A stretch of 64,000 nt of DNA from an uncultured Clostridia bacterium (lineage in GTDB: Bacteria; Bacillota; Clostridia; Tissierellales; DATGTQ01). The DNA lies in assembly GCA_964447805.1 (NCBI GenBank), contig CAYUTQ010000009.1:2025-66024 (forward strand). The letters run 5' to 3'. Shown piece by piece: positions 7,280-14,415 of this stretch. Within the stretch, counting starts at the first letter, position 1, and every line of letters begins with the position of its first letter. The translations under genes and the position numbers were made by a program. The notes beneath the pieces were generated by a model that was given only the letters and a program-made list of their open reading frames with translations, was not told the DNA's origin and searched no databases.

Positions 7280-9638
7280 GTTGTTAGTCTACCTATAAGG
7301 AATTGAAACAGGTGGGTCTATAAATAATACATCTGCATCATACATGTTGTTAGTCTACCTATAAGGAATTGAAACCTGTAAAGTGCCAACTTGCTCCTGT
7401 AGAAGGATTCTTGTTGTTAGTCTACCTATAAGGAATTGAAACACCCACTTCTGGCTCGATTATAGCCCTTTCTTTCTGTTGTTAGTCTACCTATAAGGAA
7501 TTGAAACTACATTAGGTCAGTATTTGCAAGCCATCTCCTTAGTTGTTAGTCTACCTATAAGGAATTGAAACTTGATAATATAACGTCTGCATCTTCCATT
7601 TCTAATTCGTTGTTAGTCTACCTATAAGGAATTGAAACTAAATTCTCCTGCATCTAGTTCATTCAGTTTTGTTTTGTTGTTAGTCTACCTATAAGGAATT
7701 GAAACATAAAAAAGATGAAACTTTTATTGAGCTAACAATTGATAGTTGTTAGTCTACCTATAAGGAATTGAAACGGTATCTAATGAAAAAATGCAATATT
7801 CCTATTAGTAACGGTTGTTAGTCTACCTATAAGGAATTGAAACTACCGTACGGTACGGTATATGTCAAGTCTTTTATTTAGTTGTTAGTCTACCTATAAG
7901 GAATTGAAACACCACTTCCACTTGTGCGTCTGTGTTTCCGGCCATTGTTGTTAGTCTACCTATAAGGAATTGAAACTTTTTTTCTTGTGTTCTTCTGTTA
8001 GTTCCTCGAAAGGTTGTTAGTCTACCTATAAGGAATTGAAACTTTTTTTCTTGTGTTCTTCTGTTAGTTCCTCGAAAGGTTGTTAGTCTACCTATAAGGA
8101 ATTGAAACCCCCAATTTTTAGCACTACTTACTATCCCATTTATTGAACGTTGTTAGTCTACCTATAAGGAATTGAAACCATTTTGTACCCCGTCTTCCCT
8201 TGCATCGGGGAAGTTCGTTGTTAGTCTACCTATAAGGAATTGAAACACATTTTAACTACCTCCTTGATTTTTTGTTTCTTTTTCGTTGTTAGTCTACCTA
8301 TAAGGAATTGAAACGAATTCAACAATCATATTACAGGACCGTTCCATATGTTGTTAGTCTACCTATAAGGAATTGAAACAGGATATGGACATAGATGCAA
8401 TACAGAAGGCAGCAGATGGTTGTTAGTCTACCTATAAGGAATTGAAACAAACATACGAGAAACTGCAAATTAAAGGTATTCTAAGTTGTTAGTCTACCTA
8501 TAAGGAATTGAAACTTTCTTTTTGCTGTTCGGCTATTCGTTTTTCTTTTGTTGTTAGTCTACCTATAAGGAATTGAAACAAGAGTGCTAAACCCCTATAG
8601 TCTTTTTGTTGTCTTAGGTTGTTAGTCTACCTATAAGGAATTGAAACAATCCATGTACTACTGCATTTGTAACTAGTTGATCTGTTGTTAGTCTACCTAT
8701 AAGGAATTGAAACTCAATTACATCAAACAATGCAATCATCCTAGGATTGTTGTTAGTCTACCTATAAGGAATTGAAACGCGTTTAATTCTGTTAGTGCAT
8801 CTTTAGTTTCTTGTAGGTTGTTAGTCTACCTATAAGGAATTGAAACTCAATTACATCAAACAATGCAATCATCCTAGGATTGTTGTTAGTCTACCTATAA
8901 GGAATTGAAACACATTTTAATTCCTCCTTGATTATGTAAGCCCCTCGTTGTTAGTCTACCTATAAGGAATTGAAACGAAGAGACTGGAAAAGTATACGTT
9001 GGAAATTTGAGGTTGTTAGTCTACCTATAAGGAATTGAAACTCAAAAACAAGGTAGTCATCTTTGTATGAGGTCATGGTTGTTAGTCTACCTATAAGGAA
9101 TTGAAACGTATTTGCAACGACGTAACTTATTATGTTGTTTTCTGTTGTTAGTCTACCTATAAGGAATTGAAACAAAGCAAAGAAACAAGGGAAACTATTG
9201 AATTCTTTTTGTTGTTAGTCTACCTATAAGGAATTGAAACCTTTCCAACCTCTTTTATTTTGCCCTCTACAAAAAGTTGTTAGTCTACCTATAAGGAATT
9301 GAAACACAAATTCTTGAGCTTCTATAACTGCTGTTCTCATAGTTGTTAGTCTACCTATAAGGAATTGAAACTTTCCTGATGGCAAATTCCTTACTGGTAG
9401 AGATTTTGGTTGTTAGTCTACCTATAAGGAATTGAAACTAAAGTCTGCTGTTGGCTTACCTTGTTGCTCAAACTCGTTGTTAGTCTACCTATAAGGAATT
9501 GAAACAGGGAGAAGAAAAGTGATTCTGTCGCTCAAGTAGATGGTTGTTAGTCTACCTATAAGGAATTGAAACCTATATGTGGCATATAAACCTTATCTAG
9601 CAGTGTTAGTTGTTAGTCTACCTATAAGGAATTGAAAT
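7280..9638 (+). CRISPR. CRISPR array of 36 repeats and 35 spacers, with no cas genes in the window
   Basis: The 30-nt repeat is GTTGTTAGTCTACCTATAAGGAATTGAAAC and spacers are 34-40 nt. Repeats 1-35 look identical; the last repeat (9609..9638) ends GAAAT. The ATTGAAAC 3' end is typical of Cas6-processed type I-B/III repeats. That end, the leader promoter and the degenerate distal repeat all point to + strand transcription. Confidence 0.97.
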
Positions 9639-9787
9639 TATTTTGGATTTAATGAAAATGTGGTAGCTTTTGATTCTTTTGAAAAAAGTATAAAAGAATA
9701 CTATAAAGAATTTGTAAATTATTTGAAAGAACATGGTGATATATAGACAAATAAAAAATAAAATCAATAGCGAAAGTATATTATCAA

Positions 9788-9850
9788 AAAAGCATCTTTT
9801 TTGTAATATTAGTTAAAAAACTAATATTCAATCCAGAAAAAGGATGCTTT
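9788..9850 (+). terminator. Nested hairpin downstream of the array
   Basis: AAAGCATCTTTTTT pairs with AAAAAGGATGCTTT. These enclose the perfect inner hairpin AATATTAGTT-aaaa-AACTAATATT, and ATTTTTGG follows. Confidence 0.55.
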
Positions 9851-9867
9851 ATTTTTGGGGCTTTTTA

Positions 9868-9896
9868 TTGACATACTAAAAGTGAAAGAGTATTAT
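9868..9896 (+). promoter_or_regulatory. Consensus-like SigA promoter with no intact gene behind it
   Basis: TTGACA (9868..9873), a 17-nt spacer, then TATTAT (9891..9896). These are the same hexamers and spacing as the CRISPR leader promoter. Confidence 0.5.
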
Positions 9897-9902
9897 AAAA
9901 AA

Positions 9903-9948
9903 TACAATATGACAAAATATATCGATATATGACAAAACATATATTGTA
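9903..9948. repeat. Direct repeat ATATGACAAAA(T/C)ATAT x2 around an ATATATCGATATAT palindrome, bounded by TACAATAT/ATATTGTA (candidate operator)
   Basis: Read directly: TACAATATGACAAAATATATCGATATATGACAAAACATATATTGTA. It starts 7 nt after the -10 element at 9891..9896. Confidence 0.5.
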
Positions 9949-10136
9949 ATAAATTTAATTATCATAAAAATTATATTGTTTTTTATTTACGCAGATACAT
10001 GGAAAAAGAAGGTGATAAAGGAATAAATAAACAAACACTGGTTTTATAATTTTAAAATAAAATTATAAATAAAAATCCAAAACTATTTAAAAAGTGCTGT
10101 TTAAGAGAGTTAATGATTTATATGTATTTTTTTATT

Positions 10137-10688
10137 ATGAACTTGATGACAATATAGGAGAAATTGATCCTGAAAAACTGCTTTGTTAATAATTGATATG
10201 CAAAATGTATTTATTCTTAGACATTCTGGAGAAAATTTATCTGGGAAAGAAAATTGGGAAAGCTGGTAACTATTTTATGACAAAATGGAACATGTTGTAA
10301 CTCTAAATATTAAAAATTTGTTAGATATACTTAGAGGAAAAAAATGGAAGCCATATTTGCTAAAATAATTTGCCAAAAGAAAGATAGTAGAGATAGGTAT
10401 TTAGATCAAAAAGCAACTGGTTTTAATGAATTATTACTTCCTCTTGGTTCAAAAGAAGGAGAAATAATTGATGAATTAAAACTTATTGAAGATGAAATAA
10501 TAGTAATGAAGACAACTAATAGTGCTTTAACAGGAACAAATTTACACAATATAGGTATCGATACTATTATAGTAATTGGAGTATTTACTGACCAATGTGT
10601 TTTTTGTATAGTTAGAAGTTTAGCAAATGAAAGTTTCAAAGTATACTTGATTGAAGATGGTTGTATGGCTGCGACTGAAGAAATTTAA
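10137..10688 (+). pseudogene. Isochorismatase/cysteine-hydrolase family gene (nicotinamidase-like), disrupted
   Basis: KTALLIIDMQN (from 10174) is preceded by an in-frame TGA, and an A5 run at 10173..10177 separates it from the upstream frame. There is an in-frame TAA at 10267..10269. The frame then changes at the A7 run 10338..10344 into ORF 10344..10688, which carries VMKTTNSALTGTNL and VIGVFTDQCV (Lys and Cys of the catalytic triad). Confidence 0.7.
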
Positions 10689-10795
10689 AATAATGAACTT
10701 GAAATATCAAATAATATTTATTGTTATGTAATAAGTATTCGAGAATTGTATAGGGTTTTAACAAATATCTAATAAATATAGAAAGGTGTGTCATT

Positions 10796-12166
10796 ATGAG
10801 TGATCCAAAATTAAAGAGAAATTTAAGTTTTATACAAATGATTGCAATATCATCAGGTGCAGTTATTGGTGGTTGGCTTGCAGAAGCACCTTATTGGTTT
10901 TCTTTAACAGGTGCAGGAGCAGCATTAATTTTTCCACTATTAGCAATTGCTCTTATTCCTGTAGGGCTTGCATTTGGGGAATTAACATCAACTTTACCTT
11001 TTGCTTCATCTGTAGATGTGTGGACATGTAATGCATTTGGACATAAAGCTGGTTGGGCAGTTCAATGGCTGATGTTTTTAGTTCAAGTAGTAGAACCACC
11101 AATGATGGCTTTTATATTTATTACAGCATTAAACTTTTTTATTCCTATTCCAGCAAATATGACAGTTTATATAGCAATAGGTATCATACTAATTTGGTAT
11201 ATTTTATCAAATTTCAATATTAGTTTGACAGGGAAATTATCAAATATATTTTTCTTTTCAATGATAGCAATTTCTCTTATTGTTTCAACAACTTTCTTTA
11301 CAAGTGGTAGTTGGTCTTTTGTTAATATTTCTAATCATGGTGGATTTTTCCCAATGGGTGGGAAAGGTATTTTTATAGCTTTAGCTGTTTTTTCATTGAA
11401 GTTTATTGGATTTGAAATGACTCCAACTTTAATAGAAGAAGCAAATTTTCCAGTAAAAGATGTTTGGAAAATAGTATTATCAGCTTTATTTATTCCTGCA
11501 ATATTATATTTTATAGTAGTTATGGCACTTGGAGGAGTAGCTCCTTGGGGAGAACTTACAAAAATGAGTATGCCAGAGCCAGAGCTTATTAGTAAACTTG
11601 GATTGCCAGCTATTATTGGTATAGCAGCAATTATTTCAGGTATTATGCATGCACTTACAACACTTATGGGATTTTGGACATCGTCAGCACGTGTTCTTTA
11701 TGGTGCTGCTCAGCTTAATCAACTTCCAAAAGCATTTATGAAATTAAATAAACATGGGCAACCAGTAGTTTCTAATCTTGTTGTTTTATTCTTTTCAGTT
11801 TTCTTCTGCTTATTTACAGGAGATGATTGGGTACAATATATTTATGCAGTATCATGTGTTGCAGCGGGATTAGTATATTTAATAGTTTGTTTGGATGCAA
11901 TAGTATTACGTAAAAAGTTTCCTGACTGGAATAGACCTTATCGTGCACCAGGTGGAAATATACTGTTTGTCTTAGGTATATTAATATCAATATGGATTAT
12001 TATTGGATCTTGTCTTGAATTACCAATTGGTGGATATATATCTTTAGGTATTTATCTTTTAATAGGTTTGTTAATATATGTATTTATGGGGAGATTTCGT
12101 AAAGAAAATCCTGGTAGAATAGAATTAGTAACGCTTACCCCAGATGATATTGGAAAAGTACAATAG
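10796..12166 (+). CDS. APC-superfamily amino acid/polyamine permease
   Basis: 456-aa, about 12-TM protein with an APC-like N-terminus (LSFIQMIAISSGAVIGGW). RBS GAAAGGTG is upstream. Confidence 0.8.
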   Translation: MSDPKLKRNLSFIQMIAISSGAVIGGWLAEAPYWFSLTGAGAALIFPLLAIALIPVGLAFGELTSTLPFASSVDVWTCNAFGHKAGWAVQWLMFLVQVVEPPMMAFIFITALNFFIPIPANMTVYIAIGIILIWYILSNFNISLTGKLSNIFFFSMIAISLIVSTTFFTSGSWSFVNISNHGGFFPMGGKGIFIALAVFSLKFIGFEMTPTLIEEANFPVKDVWKIVLSALFIPAILYFIVVMALGGVAPWGELTKMSMPEPELISKLGLPAIIGIAAIISGIMHALTTLMGFWTSSARVLYGAAQLNQLPKAFMKLNKHGQPVVSNLVVLFFSVFFCLFTGDDWVQYIYAVSCVAAGLVYLIVCLDAIVLRKKFPDWNRPYRAPGGNILFVLGILISIWIIIGSCLELPIGGYISLGIYLLIGLLIYVFMGRFRKENPGRIELVTLTPDDIGKVQ

Positions 12167-12213
12167 TTAATTGTATTTTAATATTTTTAGGCAATATATT
12201 GGTAATAAAAATT

Positions 12214-12254
12214 GAGCAGCTTTAGCTCACTTAAGTATTGAGCTAGAGCTGCTT
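12214..12254. terminator. Bidirectional terminator between the permease and the small minus-strand ORF
   Basis: GAGCAGCTTTAGCTCA pairs with TGAGCTAGAGCTGCT around a 9-nt loop. Confidence 0.65.
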
Positions 12255-12290
12255 ATTAAACTTCATATTGATATGCTATAGTTTAGAAAG

Positions 12291-12407
12291 TTAACGGTAA
12301 TCACAATAATCGCAGAAAAGGATTACTAATAGTAAGAAAAAGAATAGTAATGAAGCATCACAGTCAGTACCTCCAAATAAACCTTTTCTACATTGTTTAT
12401 CAGTCAT
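12291..12407 (-). CDS. Unlisted 38-aa Cys-rich small hydrophobic protein
   Basis: The minus strand reads AAGGAGGTGgctattATG, encoding MTDKQCRKGLFGGTDCDASLLFFFLLLVILFCDYCDYR followed by a stop. The SD is strong with 6-nt spacing, and the terminator 12214..12254 follows. Confidence 0.6.
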   Translation of the reverse strand: MTDKQCRKGLFGGTDCDASLLFFFLLLVILFCDYCDYR

Positions 12408-12604
12408 AATAGCCACCTCCTTAAAAGAAAGCAGATTATTTAAATCTTATTACATAATATGGATAGTACTACTAATATGTTAATTGGAATTAAAATATAT
12501 TTGTTTTTTTAGAAGTTTAGTATATGCTATAATATTAAGGAAGAATAGGAAAAAATTTATGTTAATAATGATTGTCTTTAAATAATAAGTTAGGAGGATG
12601 TATT

Positions 12605-14335
12605 GTGGATTATTTAGAAAAATATAAACTATGGCTAAATGATGATTTTTTTGATGAGGAGACTAAGAAAGAATTAGAAAAAATTAAGAATGATTTAGAA
12701 GAAATAAAGGATCGTTTTTATACAGATTTAACTTTTGGAACTGCAGGTTTAAGAGGAAAATTGGGAGCAGGGACCAATAGAATGAACAAATATACTGTGG
12801 CTTTAGCAACTCAAGGGCTAGCTAAAACTATTAAAGGTTATGGTAAAAATGCTATGGATAGAGGAGTGGTAATAGCATATGATGTAAGGCATAAATCAGT
12901 TGAATTTGCTGAGATAGCTTCTTTGGTTTTGGCTGCTAATGGTATTAAGGTATATTTATTTGAGGATATAAGACCTACTCCAGAACTTTCTTATGCTATT
13001 AGGAAATTAGGTACTATTTCTGGAATAGTTATAACTGCTAGTCACAATCCTAAAAATTATAATGGGTATAAAGTATATTGGGAGGAAGGTTCTCAAATAT
13101 TAGAAGATATAGCTGAAGATATTCTTTCAAATATAAATAATATAAAAAGATTTTCTGATATAAAAACTATGAATAAAAAAGATGCAATAGAAAATGGAAT
13201 GCTTACATACATTGGAAAAGAAATAGATGATGAATATATAAATAAAGTAAAAGCTCTTGCAATAAATGATGATATAAATAAGAATATAAAAATAGTATAT
13301 ACTCCTTTGAATGGAACAGGGAATATTCCTGTAAGGAGAGTATTGAAAGAACGAGGATTTACTGAAATTTATGTGGTTTCAGAACAAGAAAAGCCTGATC
13401 CAGATTTTACTACAGTAGGATATCCTAATCCAGAAGATATGAAAGCTTTTGATTATGCTCAAAAGTTAGGTAAAAATGTAAATGCAGATCTTCTTTTGGC
13501 AACAGATCCAGATTGTGATAGAGTAGCTTGTATGGTTAAAAATAATGATAATAACTATGTATTTTTAAATGGTAATCAGACGGGAGCACTTTTAGTAGAT
13601 TATATTTTGTCATCAAGGCAAAAACAAAATAATATTCCTAAAAATGGAGTTATTGTAAAATCAATTGTTACTGGTGATTTAAGTAAAGTTATAGCCTCTA
13701 AATATGGAGTTGGAACAGTTGAAACATTAACAGGATTTAAACATATATGTAACAAAGCCAATGAATATGACAAGACTAAAGAACATACTTTTATATTTGG
13801 TTATGAGGAGAGTATAGGGTATGTATATGATACTTTGGTTAGAGATAAGGATGCTGTTATATCTTCTATGTTAATAGTTGAAATGGCTGCCTATTATAAA
13901 AAAGCTGGTAAGACATTATTAGACAAATTGGAAGAATTGTATGAAGAATACGGTTATTATAAAGAAAAGCTTATTTCTATAGTATTAGAAGGACTAGAAG
14001 GAGTTGAAAAAATTCAAAATGCAATGGAAAATTTTAGACAAGATCCAATTAAAAAAATAGGGAATATGAGATTAGTAAAATATACAGATTATTTAACAGA
14101 AGAAGTAATAGATTTAGAAAGTGGAAATGTAACTAAAACAGATACTCCTAAATCCAATGTTTTAAAATATGTATTTGATGATGGTAGCTGGTATGCAATA
14201 AGACCATCTGGTACAGAACCAAAATTGAAAGTATATATTTATTCAAAAGATGATAATGAAGATATTGCGTTTGAAAAGGTAAGAAAAATAGAAAAAATTA
14301 CAACAGATAAGATTAATGCTCAAACCTTGGTATAA
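12605..14335 (+). CDS. Phosphoglucomutase/phosphomannomutase (alpha-D-phosphohexomutase, PgcA-like)
   Basis: Active-site loop GIVITASHNPKNYNGYK, metal loop ATDPDCDRV, and the GYEESIGY sugar-binding loop. AGGAGGA precedes the GTG at 12605; the track ORF starts at an upstream in-frame TTG at 12572. Confidence 0.9.
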   Translation: MDYLEKYKLWLNDDFFDEETKKELEKIKNDLEEIKDRFYTDLTFGTAGLRGKLGAGTNRMNKYTVALATQGLAKTIKGYGKNAMDRGVVIAYDVRHKSVEFAEIASLVLAANGIKVYLFEDIRPTPELSYAIRKLGTISGIVITASHNPKNYNGYKVYWEEGSQILEDIAEDILSNINNIKRFSDIKTMNKKDAIENGMLTYIGKEIDDEYINKVKALAINDDINKNIKIVYTPLNGTGNIPVRRVLKERGFTEIYVVSEQEKPDPDFTTVGYPNPEDMKAFDYAQKLGKNVNADLLLATDPDCDRVACMVKNNDNNYVFLNGNQTGALLVDYILSSRQKQNNIPKNGVIVKSIVTGDLSKVIASKYGVGTVETLTGFKHICNKANEYDKTKEHTFIFGYEESIGYVYDTLVRDKDAVISSMLIVEMAAYYKKAGKTLLDKLEELYEEYGYYKEKLISIVLEGLEGVEKIQNAMENFRQDPIKKIGNMRLVKYTDYLTEEVIDLESGNVTKTDTPKSNVLKYVFDDGSWYAIRPSGTEPKLKVYIYSKDDNEDIAFEKVRKIEKITTDKINAQTLV

Positions 14336-14350
14336 TACCAAGGTTTTTTT
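14322..14350 (+). terminator. Rho-independent terminator after the phosphoglucomutase gene
   Basis: AAACCTTGGTA pairs with TACCAAGGTTT and TTTTT follows. The hairpin overlaps the stop codon. Confidence 0.7.
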
Positions 14351-14415
14351 ATGTTTTATGAATAATTTATCAATAATATCAAAAAATACTAGATAGAAAG
14401 AAGTTTTAATAAGGA

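Noticed and set aside
8960-9175. 71-aa minus-strand ORF (MFQFLIGRLTT...)
   Set aside because: It is the translation of CRISPR repeats; the peptide FQFLIGRLTT recurs once per repeat. It is not a gene.
12572-12604. TTG at 12572 as the phosphoglucomutase start
   Set aside because: AGGAGGA followed 6 nt later by the GTG at 12605 gives the family-typical N-terminus (MDYLEKYKLWL...). The upstream extension contains the RBS itself.
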